A DNA stretch of 64,000 nt from Aulosira sp. ZfuVER01. GTDB taxonomy: Bacteria > Cyanobacteriota > Cyanobacteriia > Cyanobacteriales > Nostocaceae. The notes below the pieces were generated by a model. It saw nothing but the letters and a program-made list of their open reading frames with translations, made no database searches and was not told the DNA's origin. Where the stretch lies: the NCBI GenBank assembly GCA_034530615.2, contig JAVRCV020000052.1, forward strand, positions 96,001-160,000, read 5' to 3'. How positions within the stretch are numbered: the stretch's first letter is position 1; each line of letters starts with the position of its first letter. Shown piece by piece: positions 31,142 through 40,835 of this stretch. The position numbers and the translations under genes are program-made.

Positions 31142-31574
31142 TTAATGAATTAGATTTGAGAACCAACAAATCTAAAACATCATTTAATGGCAGATTTAAT
31201 CACTATTTATCATATTGACGAACTAAAACTGATGTTACATCTATGATTGCACAGGCCTTATTTCAGGTTACTATCCTATTTATAGACTTTTCTTTGCTGT
31301 AAGGCTTAATTATTGTATATAATAAAAAATCTCTATAAATTACACTTTTAATTATTTTACTGAGGCAATCGTTAATTATTCTGAAAAATGAGTAAATAAA
31401 AAAGTGTGACTTGACGATATAAAAAGTAGTATTATAAGCGCTAGAAAATTTTGTGTTTCAAAATTAAGTCTAAAGCATAATAATATTACCTTGTGTAGGT
31501 GAAACCCTACTAGAGAGAGTAAAATCTGAAAACTAGAAATCCTCGGATTTATGGCTGGGGAATACTAAAAGTTT

Positions 31575-31835
31575 ATGTCTAATTCTGTAATTACTATAAC
31601 AGTCAAGTTATTTGCTGCTTATCAAGAAGCTTATAAAGCATCAGAATTGGTGTTAGAATTTCCCGATGGTACACCGGTGAGAGCAGTATGCGATCGCTTG
31701 ATTGCGGAACATCCAGAACTGCGCCAATTGCGAGATATTACCCGCTTTGGGATTAACTTAATATTTGTCGAACCGGATACACCCTTGCAAAATGGGGATG
31801 AAGTGGTGTTAATTCCCCCTGTCAGTGGTGGTTAA
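31575..31835 (+). CDS. moaD: MoaD/ThiS sulfur carrier
   Basis: VKLFAAY..., C-terminal IPPVSGG. Confidence 0.9.
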   Translation: MSNSVITITVKLFAAYQEAYKASELVLEFPDGTPVRAVCDRLIAEHPELRQLRDITRFGINLIFVEPDTPLQNGDEVVLIPPVSGG

Positions 31836-31865
31836 CATAAATAGGCTCGCTAATCATGAAATCTG

Positions 31866-32282
31866 ATGACTAAACCAATAGTTTGGGTACATGGAGACTG
31901 TCTAAGTCCCCACAATCCTGCACTCCAACAATATCCTAACGTTCCAGCCATCTGGGTTTGGGACGATGCGTTGATAGAAGAATGGCAACTGAGTCTCAAA
32001 CGCATTACCTTTATCTACGAATGCTTGCTAGAGTTACCTGTGGAAATTCGGCGTGGTAATGTAGCCCAGGAAATTGTCGCCTTTGCTCAAGAGCATGATG
32101 CCGATTTAGTTGTTACCACAGCAAGTCCTAGCCCGCGCTTTGCGAATATCTGCAAGGAAGTTGAATCTGCTTTAGCTATGGAAGTGCTAGAGGTGGAACC
32201 GTTTTTTGATTACGACGGCTATATCGATCTGAAGCGGTTCTCTCGCTATTGGAAAGTTGCCGAGAAGTATGTTTTAGAATAA
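31866..32282 (+). CDS. Hypothetical protein resembling a photolyase N-terminal domain
   Basis: IVWVHGDCL..NPAL, LKRFSRYW; family call from recall only. Confidence 0.6.
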   Translation: MTKPIVWVHGDCLSPHNPALQQYPNVPAIWVWDDALIEEWQLSLKRITFIYECLLELPVEIRRGNVAQEIVAFAQEHDADLVVTTASPSPRFANICKEVESALAMEVLEVEPFFDYDGYIDLKRFSRYWKVAEKYVLE

Positions 32283-32399
32283 GCAGCGATTTCTTTGTGA
32301 GGCTGCGCCAAATAGCCTTGACTTCTTTCTCATTTCTTTCTTTGTGTCCTACCCTTCGGGAAGCCACTTCGTGTCTATGCGTTCTTTGCGGTTCGTTCC

Positions 32400-32732
32400 T
32401 CAATCCAACCTACTCATCTGCTCATTAATGGAGTTCAAAGGCTCATTAACGGAGTAAAAAGCCTCATTAACGGAGCAAAAAGCCTCGTTCACGGAGCTAA
32501 AAGCCTCATTAACGGAGCTAAAAGCCTCATTCACGGAGTAAAAAGCCTCGTTCACGGAGTAAAAAGCCTCATTAATGGAGCTAAAAGCTTCATTAACGGA
32601 GTAAAAAGCCTCATTAACGGAGCTAAAAGCCTCGTTCACGGAGTAAAAAGCCTCATTAATGGAGCTAAAAGCCTCGTTCACGGAGTAAAAAGCCTCATTA
32701 ATGGAGCTAAAAGCCTCATTAACGAATATCAA
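32400..32732 (-). CDS. Putative heptad-repeat (F-x-S-V/I-N-E-A)n protein
   Basis: Frame open through the repeat; several repeat variants are synonymous in this frame; weak TTG start. Confidence 0.4.
   Translation of the reverse strand: MIFVNEAFSSINEAFYSVNEAFSSINEAFYSVNEAFSSVNEAFYSVNEAFSSINEAFYSVNEAFYSVNEAFSSVNEAFSSVNEAFCSVNEAFYSVNEPLNSINEQMSRLD
32421..32724. repeat. 21-bp tandem repeat, 14 full units plus a partial unit
   Basis: Consensus CTCATTAACGGAGTAAAAAGC with variant units. Confidence 0.95.
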
Positions 32733-32911
32733 AAGCTCAACCGCATAACATCTTGTGAAAAAACTATTCTCAGACTCCGGCTAAGAGCAAGAAATATCGT
32801 GGCTAGGGACAGAAAATTGTTGTGCTACTAAGTTTGTATCATTATCTCCCTAAGTTTACTGAAAAAATTCCTTATAATCGTTTGTAATGGTCTAATATCG
32901 TACTCAACCAC

Positions 32912-33367
32912 ATGGAACCAATAACCATCGGTGCGATCGCTCTTTTAACTTTAATCGGCAATAAGGTCATCGATTGGTCAACAGAAAAGGCTTTGGATGC
33001 TGGTTTAGACAAAGCCAAGCAAGTTCTTAAAGCTAAATCACCTGAAACAGCCGCCGCTTTAGAAACCGCAGCCGCACAAGCAGCCTTACCACCAGGAGAA
33101 CGAGAATATATTGGTGAAGCTGTGTTGGTAGAAGAGGTAAAAAAAGCAGCAGAAGCAGACTCGGAAATTAAGGAAGCTGTCGAAGCATTAGGAAATCAAG
33201 CCAGTACTGCTGCACAAGCTAACCCAGAACTGGCAAAGGCTATTGCAGAGTTAACCGCTGCTATTAAAGCGCAAAGTCCGACAACGGTAGAAAACTGGCA
33301 AGGTATAAATATCAAAGGTGGCGAGAATAGTATCAGTAATCCCACATTCAACTTTGGCAGCAAATGA
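32912..33367 (+). CDS. Bell-like helical effector with C-terminal putative amyloid signalling motif
   Basis: Hydrophobic N-terminal helix MEPITIGAIALLTL, Ala/Glu-rich helical body, C-terminal 24-aa motif shared with the next gene. Confidence 0.8.
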   Translation: MEPITIGAIALLTLIGNKVIDWSTEKALDAGLDKAKQVLKAKSPETAAALETAAAQAALPPGEREYIGEAVLVEEVKKAAEADSEIKEAVEALGNQASTAAQANPELAKAIAELTAAIKAQSPTTVENWQGINIKGGENSISNPTFNFGSK

Positions 33368-36300
33368 CCAACGAGAATTGGCAAGGGATAAACATTAAGG
33401 GTGGCGAGACTAACATCAACAACCCAATCATCAATTTTGGGTCATCACAACAGACTTCTCCACCAAATATCCCCAACAATTTAATTTACAAAGGCGCGGT
33501 CGAGTTTGTTGGGCGAGAAAATGAACTTACCGATATCCATCAGAAATTGCAGCAGTCGGCTAACGTAGCAATTTCGGCGGTAGCTGGGATGGGTGGTATC
33601 GGCAAAACAGAACTAGCAACCCAGTACGCATTAAGACATGAAGCTGATTATCCTGGCGGTATCTGCTGGCTAAATGCAAGAGAATCAGAATTAGCAGCTA
33701 GCATTGTGCAATTTTATCTGTTGTACATTGGTCAAGAAATCCCAAAAGAATTGGGGGGAAAACTGCTGAACCTCCAAGAACAAGTACGGTGGTGTTGGCA
33801 GCATTGGCAACCATCTGAGGGTTTGGTGTTGGTAGTATTAGATGATGTCACTAATTTAGAGAATCTGCGAGAATTACAACCAACAACCAACCGCTTCCGG
33901 GTACTCATCACCACCCGCTTACGCAATCTCAACCGCAATTTTGTCAAGGAAATTTCCTTAGATGTACTCCCGGAAATCAAAGCTTTAGAACTGCTAACAG
34001 CTTTTGTAGGTGAAAAGCGAATACAACGGGAAGAAACAACAGCTAAACAATTGTGTCAATGGCTGGGATATTTACCCTTGGGGTTGGAATTAGTCGGACA
34101 GTATTTAGCTGAAGATCCAGATTTATCCTTAGCAGAAATGTTGGAACGGCTGAAAGTGCAACGCATAGAGGATGAAGCACTAGAACGGAGACAGCCAACC
34201 CTGAGTGCAGCACAGCTGGGAGTGAAAGCCGCCTTTGAATTAAGCTGGCGAGAACTGGATGAAAAAACTCAGCTTGTAGGTGCGTTGTTGAGTTTATTTG
34301 CTCCTGATGTTATACCTTGGCAATTGGCAGAGGCTACCAGTGAGTTGCTGAATTGGGCAAAGGCAGATGTAACGGAAGCGAGAAAGCAACTCTACAAACG
34401 CCATCTCATTCAAAGATTAGAAGATACAAACGCTTGTTATCAAATTCATCCATTAATTCGACAATTTCTCCAAGGAAAATTTGGACAAATTCCTCTCATT
34501 ACTGGCAAGGAAGAGTTAGGAATGGAATTCAAACAAGCTTTTGCAACTGCGATGGTAGCAAAGGCAAAAGAAATTCCTAAAACTCCCACCCGTGAATTTA
34601 TTGAGTCAATACAAGGTACTATTCCCCATGTCCAAGAAGTTGCCCAGAACTTAATTCATGCCGTCAAGGATGAAGATTTAACTTGGGTATTTGTTGGCTT
34701 GGGTAATTTTTATGAAGGACAGGGTTTGTATGCGTTAGCAGAACCTTGGCGTATACAATGTTTATCAACAGTCAAAACTCGTTTGGGAGAAGAACATCCC
34801 GAAGTTGCTACCAGCCTCAACAACTTGGCTAATCTCTACGAATCCCAAGGAAATTACACCGCAGCCGAACCCTTGTTTCAGCAAGCTTTGGCAATGAGAA
34901 AACGCCTGCTGGGAGAAGAACATCCCAACATTGCCCAAAGCCTCAACAACTTGGCTAATGTCTACGAATCCCAAGGAAATTACACTGTAGCTAAACCCTT
35001 GTATCAGCAAGCTTTGGCAATGTATAAACGCCTGCTGGGAGATGAACATCCCCACGTCGCCACCAGCCTCAGCAACTTGGCTAATGTCTACTATTTCCAA
35101 GGAAATTATACTGTAGCTAAACCCTTGTATCAGCAAGCTTTGGCAATGAGAAAACGCCTGCTGGGAGATCAACATCCCGACATCGCCACCAGCCTCAGCA
35201 ACTTGGCTAATCTCTACTATTCCCAAGGAAGGTACTCCGAAGCCGAACCTTTGCATCAGCAAGCTTTGGCAATGAGAAAACGCCTGCTGGGAGATCAACA
35301 TCCCGACACCGCTACAAGCCTTATCGACTTGGCTGATCTCTACTCTTCCCAAGGAAATTACACCGCAGCCGAACCCTTGTATCAGCAAGCTTTGGCAATG
35401 CATAAACATCTGCTGGGAGATGAACATCCCCACGTCGCCATTAGCCTCAACAGCTTGGCTAATCTCTACTCTTCCCAAGGAAATTACACCGCAGCCGAAC
35501 CCTTGTATCAGCAAGCTTTGGCAATGCATAAACATCTGCTGGGAGATGAACATCCCCGAGTCGCCACCAGCCTCAACAACTTGGCTAATCTCTACTATTC
35601 CCAAGGAAGGTATGCCGATGCCGAACCCTTATATCAGCAAGCTTTGGCAATGAGAAAACGGCTGCTGGGAAATGAACATCCCCGAGTCGCCACCAGCCTC
35701 AACAACTTGGCTAATCTCTACAAATCCCAAGGAAATTACACCGCAGCTGAACCTTTGTATCTGCAAGCTTTGGCAATGAGTAAACGCCTGCTGGGAGATG
35801 AACATCCCGATGTTGCCGCCAGCCTCAACAACTTGGCTTTACTCTACTCTTCCCAAGGAAATTACACCGCAGCCGAACCCTTGTATCAGCAAGCTTTGGC
35901 AATGCATAAACATCTGCTGGGAGATGAACATCCCCACGTCGCCATCAGCCTTAATAACTTGGCTTTACTCTACTCTTCCCAAGGAAATTACACCGCAGCT
36001 GAACCTTTGTATCTGCAAGCTTTGGCAATGAGTAAACGCCTGCTGGGAGATGAACATCCCGACATCGCCACCAGCCTTAACAACTTGGCTTATCTCTACT
36101 CTTCCCAAGGAAATTACACCGCAGCTGAACCTTTGTATCTGCAAGCTTTGGCAATGAGTAAACGCCTGCTGGGAGATGAACATCCCGATGTTGCCGCCAG
36201 CCTCAACAACTTGGCTTTACTCTACTCTTCCCAAGGAAATTACACCGCAGCCGAACCCTTGTATCAGCAAGCTTTGGCAATGCATAAACATCTGCTGGGA

Positions 36301-36492
36301 GATGAACATCCCCACGTCGCCATCAGCCTCAACGACTTGGCTTTACTCTACTATTCCCAAGGAAATTACGCCGCCGCCGCACCCTTGTATCTGCAAGCTT
36401 TGGCAATTTTTGAGCAAAAATTAGGTGTCGATCATCCTCGTACAGTTAAGTGTCGTCAAAATCTTGAACTTCTTCATGCTGCTAACTCTTAA
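33364..36492 (+). CDS. NLR-like STAND ATPase: N-terminal motif + NB-ARC + 13 x 42-aa TPR
   Basis: FVGRE, Walker A GMGGIGKT, Walker B LVVLDDV, LITTR, GYLPLGL, IHPLIRQF; TPR array 34789-36426. Confidence 0.93.
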   Translation: MTNENWQGINIKGGETNINNPIINFGSSQQTSPPNIPNNLIYKGAVEFVGRENELTDIHQKLQQSANVAISAVAGMGGIGKTELATQYALRHEADYPGGICWLNARESELAASIVQFYLLYIGQEIPKELGGKLLNLQEQVRWCWQHWQPSEGLVLVVLDDVTNLENLRELQPTTNRFRVLITTRLRNLNRNFVKEISLDVLPEIKALELLTAFVGEKRIQREETTAKQLCQWLGYLPLGLELVGQYLAEDPDLSLAEMLERLKVQRIEDEALERRQPTLSAAQLGVKAAFELSWRELDEKTQLVGALLSLFAPDVIPWQLAEATSELLNWAKADVTEARKQLYKRHLIQRLEDTNACYQIHPLIRQFLQGKFGQIPLITGKEELGMEFKQAFATAMVAKAKEIPKTPTREFIESIQGTIPHVQEVAQNLIHAVKDEDLTWVFVGLGNFYEGQGLYALAEPWRIQCLSTVKTRLGEEHPEVATSLNNLANLYESQGNYTAAEPLFQQALAMRKRLLGEEHPNIAQSLNNLANVYESQGNYTVAKPLYQQALAMYKRLLGDEHPHVATSLSNLANVYYFQGNYTVAKPLYQQALAMRKRLLGDQHPDIATSLSNLANLYYSQGRYSEAEPLHQQALAMRKRLLGDQHPDTATSLIDLADLYSSQGNYTAAEPLYQQALAMHKHLLGDEHPHVAISLNSLANLYSSQGNYTAAEPLYQQALAMHKHLLGDEHPRVATSLNNLANLYYSQGRYADAEPLYQQALAMRKRLLGNEHPRVATSLNNLANLYKSQGNYTAAEPLYLQALAMSKRLLGDEHPDVAASLNNLALLYSSQGNYTAAEPLYQQALAMHKHLLGDEHPHVAISLNNLALLYSSQGNYTAAEPLYLQALAMSKRLLGDEHPDIATSLNNLAYLYSSQGNYTAAEPLYLQALAMSKRLLGDEHPDVAASLNNLALLYSSQGNYTAAEPLYQQALAMHKHLLGDEHPHVAISLNDLALLYYSQGNYAAAAPLYLQALAIFEQKLGVDHPRTVKCRQNLELLHAANS
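34789..36426 (+). repeat. 13 tandem 126-bp TPR-coding repeats
   Basis: Units start every 126 nt from 34789; units 9 (35797) and 12 (36175) read identical. Confidence 0.95.
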
Positions 36493-36573
36493 CTCTTTAC
36501 TTTGGCTTTCGGTAGCAGACAGCGATCAAATAATTGCACAATAAAAGTAGTTCGTCATAGTTACTACTTAGAA

Positions 36574-37968
36574 ATGCCGACTAAACTAGCAGATGCACAA
36601 AATTTACTTTCCGATCTAATTGCCCGCTACTCATCTCGTGTAGATTATTTGATGATTCGCCTGGAAGAAGCCGAAGGTACTGATATCTTGTTGCGTGGTG
36701 ACAAGGTAGAAACCCTCAGCGAAGGTATCTCAATGGGCGGACATATTCGCGCTTGTTATAAAGGCGGGTGGGGCTTAAGCTGCTTTAATCGGCTTTCGAC
36801 AATTCAAGAACGGATCGAAGAAGCGATCGCAGCTGCGCGCATGGTAGGTGATGAAGAGACTGTACTAGCTCCAATTGACCCAGTGCAAGCAGTATGCAGT
36901 CTACCCCTCACAGGAACCGATCCGCGCAAAATTTCGTTGAGTCAGAAAAAAGAATTATGCGATCGCTATTCCGATCTACTCAAAAGCGTTGATTCCCGAA
37001 TTACTACAACTTCAGTCCGCTACGGTGATACTGCCCAAAAAATTATTCTTGCCACCTCAGATGGTACATTCATTGAACAATCTTGGGTGGACATGGAAAT
37101 GCGCTTCGCTGCTACTGCGAGAAACGGCGAAACTGTCCAAACCGGCAGAGAAACCACCGGTTCACGCAAAGCCTACGAAGATTTAACCAAATTAGACGAA
37201 CAAGTTAAGAGTGCTTCTCAAAGAGCGATCGCAGCTTTATCTCTACCATCAGTAAAAGGTAATACTTATACCGTCGTAATTGACCCTATACTTACTGGTT
37301 TATTTGTTCACGAAGCCTTTGGACATCTGTCTGAAGCTGATATGGCTTACGAAAACCCGGATATTTTAGAAGTCATGACCATTGGACGGCGATTTGGCCC
37401 AGAAGAACTGCAAATTTTTGATGGTGCTGCGCCCGAAGGACATCGCGGTAGTTATTTTTACGACGATGAAGGCACACCTGCCACAACAACCCAACTAATT
37501 AAAGATGGAGTTTTGGTAGGACGTTTGCATTCCCGTGAAACCGCAGGCAAATTGGATGAAGCACCCACAGGCAATGCCCGTTGCCTTAATTATCACTTCA
37601 CTCCCATTGTACGGATGACAAATACCTGGATTGAAAGAGGTAAAACACCAGTTGCAGACTTATTTAGCCATATCAAAGAAGGCGTATATGCCCGTAATTG
37701 GCTAGGTGGAATGACCAATGGGGAAATGTTTACCTTTAGCGCCGGGGAAGCATGGATGATTAGAAACGGCAAAATCGCTGAACCTGTCAGAGATGTCACC
37801 CTTTCTGGTAACGTTTTCCAAACCTTAGCAGATATTGAAGCAATTGGTGATGACTTTTACTGGGATGAATCTGGCGGTTGTGGTAAAGGTGGACAAAATG
37901 GCTTACCTGTAGGTTGTGGCGGCCCCAGCCTGCGAATTCGAGATGTAGTAGTTGGCGGTGAAACTTAA
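36574..37968 (+). CDS. tldD: TldD/PmbA family metalloprotease
   Basis: HEAFGHLSEAD, YDDEG, RMTNT, GCGKGGQ; start at ATG 36574 is inferred. Confidence 0.88.
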   Translation: MPTKLADAQNLLSDLIARYSSRVDYLMIRLEEAEGTDILLRGDKVETLSEGISMGGHIRACYKGGWGLSCFNRLSTIQERIEEAIAAARMVGDEETVLAPIDPVQAVCSLPLTGTDPRKISLSQKKELCDRYSDLLKSVDSRITTTSVRYGDTAQKIILATSDGTFIEQSWVDMEMRFAATARNGETVQTGRETTGSRKAYEDLTKLDEQVKSASQRAIAALSLPSVKGNTYTVVIDPILTGLFVHEAFGHLSEADMAYENPDILEVMTIGRRFGPEELQIFDGAAPEGHRGSYFYDDEGTPATTTQLIKDGVLVGRLHSRETAGKLDEAPTGNARCLNYHFTPIVRMTNTWIERGKTPVADLFSHIKEGVYARNWLGGMTNGEMFTFSAGEAWMIRNGKIAEPVRDVTLSGNVFQTLADIEAIGDDFYWDESGGCGKGGQNGLPVGCGGPSLRIRDVVVGGET

Positions 37969-38331
37969 AAAATTCGTAATTCAACACGTTTCAGTCAGGG
38001 TCTAAATCTTGTTCTGAAACTTAAGCTAAGTGTAGCCAAAAGGCAATTCCCATCATAATCAAAAGGTGACGAATCTGCCTGTACCAATCAGCAATCTGTA
38101 GGCTATGCTTTTAAGCATAGGGCAAACACATATTTTTTAGCTGTTCAAAACATGAAGAACAGTTAGAGTAATTTGCATGACATGATGCTCAGAAAAATTT
38201 TGTGACATTGGTCATGCTTTGCGTAAATCCTGTTGTATTTTTATCGGCAATCAGCTAACAGAGGGGAAATTTACAATCACAAGGCTTTTGCCCTGCTGTT
38301 AAACAGGATTGACTTGAGAGGTATTTCATCA

Positions 38332-39732
38332 ATGAATAAAACTTCCCAGACGCAAAGCAGCGCCAGTATTTCCCTATTGGGCAGAATCAATTTAAAAGTT
38401 ACAAAAAAGAAAATTTTATTCACTTCCCTTGTCTTATTTGTGGCTTTACTCAGTGTGGGTGGTGTGTGGTTTTCTAGCAGGTATAAGTTTGCTAATAAAA
38501 TGGCAATCAAACTACAAGAACTATCTAATGCTGAGTATCCTGCTAATCCGGCTCTATTAAGTAAAAACTTCCAAAGATATTCTAGCCGTAAATTAACCAT
38601 TATCAAGAGAGATGCTACTCACTTTGATTTTGTGTTAGAGCCAACAAACACAAAAACAGCAAAAATAGTCATCAAAAATGTTGATCTAAAATTATTAGTA
38701 CCTAAAGTACCAGAATGGGTTAAAAAAGACAAAGATTTAGAATTAATTGCTTTTGTCGAACGGGAATGGAACAGACAGCAAGTAAGTTTTCCGGCTAACT
38801 CAGAAAATATAGAAATTAGTGGCGGTGATGGTTTTGAAAAGCAAAATCTCTATGAAATTGCTTTAAGCAACAATTGCTTAAATGCAGGATTTTGGGAAAT
38901 TGCACTTTTTACTAAAGAGGATGGCAATAAATCTCTTTATTATCAAACTTGGTTTACCTTCCCCATAGGACATTACAAAAATATCTTTGAAAAGATTAAT
39001 AAAATATCTTATTGGCAGTATTGGTGGAGATTAGAACACTGGCAAGAACCCAGTGATTCTATTATGAGAAATAATCTGCTAAGAAATATAATCGATCAAA
39101 AAGAAGCTCCCGTTAATTTTCCTCTAGATGAAAGAATAATTGCATCCGGAGAACAGAGTAGAAAAATCAGAACTACCTTAACGAAAAACCTCACAACTTG
39201 GAGAGATTTTTACAGCAATAAACAAGAAATTAAATTTGCGGCTTTTCAACCACCAGGATTTTATAACCCTGACCAAATTTGGAATACTCAATACTGGAGA
39301 ATAGGTAAATTTGAAAAAGCTATTTTGAAAAACATTAAGCCTGTGAATAATGACACAACCTTACAGGAAATTGAGTTATTATTCACTGATACTAAGACTG
39401 GTGAAAAAAATAGATTATTTATCAGTGGTATTAATTTCAAAGATTTGCCTAGTTTGGCTATTTCAGATTATGCTAAGGGCTTAACTATGCCTCTAGGAAT
39501 TGGGGTTCCGCCATTTTTGCAAAGCTACGAAGAATTAAACAAGAATCATCCAGATGAAAGCCCTTACTTTAGTTTCTTGCTAGATTCTCAAGATAGATGG
39601 ATCAATCATCACCAATTAGGAGTTGATGGTTCAATCATGCATCTGGATAAGAACAACCCCAATCTTTTGCATCTTTACTTACTTTCTTATGAACGAAATA
39701 CTTTAATTGCTCATTTTTTGGTGAATCTATAG
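38332..39732 (+). CDS. Hypothetical protein with a single N-terminal TM/signal segment
   Basis: Long ORF with KKKILFTSLVLFVALLSVGGVWF anchor; no family recognised. Confidence 0.7.
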   Translation: MNKTSQTQSSASISLLGRINLKVTKKKILFTSLVLFVALLSVGGVWFSSRYKFANKMAIKLQELSNAEYPANPALLSKNFQRYSSRKLTIIKRDATHFDFVLEPTNTKTAKIVIKNVDLKLLVPKVPEWVKKDKDLELIAFVEREWNRQQVSFPANSENIEISGGDGFEKQNLYEIALSNNCLNAGFWEIALFTKEDGNKSLYYQTWFTFPIGHYKNIFEKINKISYWQYWWRLEHWQEPSDSIMRNNLLRNIIDQKEAPVNFPLDERIIASGEQSRKIRTTLTKNLTTWRDFYSNKQEIKFAAFQPPGFYNPDQIWNTQYWRIGKFEKAILKNIKPVNNDTTLQEIELLFTDTKTGEKNRLFISGINFKDLPSLAISDYAKGLTMPLGIGVPPFLQSYEELNKNHPDESPYFSFLLDSQDRWINHHQLGVDGSIMHLDKNNPNLLHLYLLSYERNTLIAHFLVNL

Positions 39733-39758
39733 CAATCTTAAATCATTAATTGTAAACA

Positions 39759-39791
39759 ATATCCCCGAATTCTCAAAGAATTCGGGGATAT
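39759..39791. terminator. Perfect 15-bp-stem hairpin between convergent genes
   Basis: ATATCCCCGAATTCT-CAA-AGAATTCGGGGATAT. Confidence 0.65.
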
Positions 39792-39822
39792 GTAGCTTGC
39801 ATACACAGTTTATGATGGCTAC

Positions 39823-40149
39823 TTAGTCAACTCTTACTTGCTTCAGTAAAGCAATCCACATATCTGATGGATTTGAATAGTAATCAATTTCTTCAACTTG
39901 ATACCGATAATTTTGATAGCCATGTTGCAAAATAATATAGTCACGGGGTTTAATACCTTTTCCTGTTCCGGTCATGTAACCCCCCAAGCCTCCTTGTCGC
40001 GTTTCAAATATGTAGTCTTTGCCTCGCATTAATTGGCTATAATCGTGTATTTTATGCTTTTGTTGTGTTTCATTTAATATAACGAGCATTGGCAAGAACC
40101 CACTAAATAAACTAAAGCTAAAATTAATACCTGTTCTAGGAATAGACAT
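39823..40149 (-). CDS. Small hypothetical protein
   Basis: 108-aa ORF with GYMTG.GKGIK..DYIIL..YQVEEIDYYSNPSDMWIALL. Confidence 0.65.
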   Translation of the reverse strand: MSIPRTGINFSFSLFSGFLPMLVILNETQQKHKIHDYSQLMRGKDYIFETRQGGLGGYMTGTGKGIKPRDYIILQHGYQNYRYQVEEIDYYSNPSDMWIALLKQVRVD

Positions 40150-40835
40150 AGTGAGTTTTCCAAAAGATTATGTTTACAAAAAGAGTTTTAGCTAGATGAG
40201 TATTAGGTTTTTCCAAAAACTAAGCGAGAAAAATGTTGTGTAAATTGTAATTAGAAAATAACCTTACAAGATTGTACTCTGGATATGAGTCTAACTAATT
40301 ACAAGCCACTGCACTTATATGTGCAAAAATTTAACCAATACAGTTCAGTTAATTCTGCTTATTCTTCAGATAATACTGAACCCTATTGAATTTATGGAAT
40401 ATATAACCCAAGTCTTATCTGCACCCTATTGCAACATAAACTCAAAAATTATTAGCAGTTCTCTGAGAACATACTCAAAAACGATCCCACGATCAGTATT
40501 TATAATTGGGAATCATTTTTTTAAAACTAATTAGATAAAAATCTTTCAAATTGTTACTACATAAAATTTCTATGGTTTCTCATGCCAGATAAATAATGAA
40601 AATAGAAGTAGCAAAGCTATTACTAGCTAACTATAGTGCCCTCAAGATTAAATGTGAGCCTAATAATCAGTTTACAGTAATAGCGATCTTAGCGTCTACT
40701 GTAAAATTACCAAAATATTATGTGCAGTATATCCATATATAGGCTTCTATCCTCGACATAGGTATACACATTAATCTATCAATATCTGATGTCCTGGCAA
40801 CATCACTAAGATGTATTTTAAACAACAAAAATGCT

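Noticed and set aside
32421..32724. 21-bp array as a CRISPR
   Set aside because: The units are contiguous with no unique spacers.
33290..33444. Effector and NLR as one frameshifted gene, or an assembly duplication
   Set aside because: The two motif copies differ at many synonymous positions, and the genes have a clean ATGA stop/start overlap.
34765..36424. Antisense and alternate-frame repetitive ORFs within the NLR gene
   Set aside because: Shadows of the 126-bp TPR repeats.
34789..36426. DGR-like adenine mutagenesis in the TPR units (AAC to AGC/ATC/GAC/CAC variants)
   Set aside because: No reverse transcriptase or separate template repeat in the window, and several variants (CGA, CAA, TTA) are not A-only changes; repeat shuffling with selection is enough to explain it.
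40319..40534. 71-aa ORF in the AT-rich gap
   Set aside because: No recognisable motif or RBS; probably spurious.
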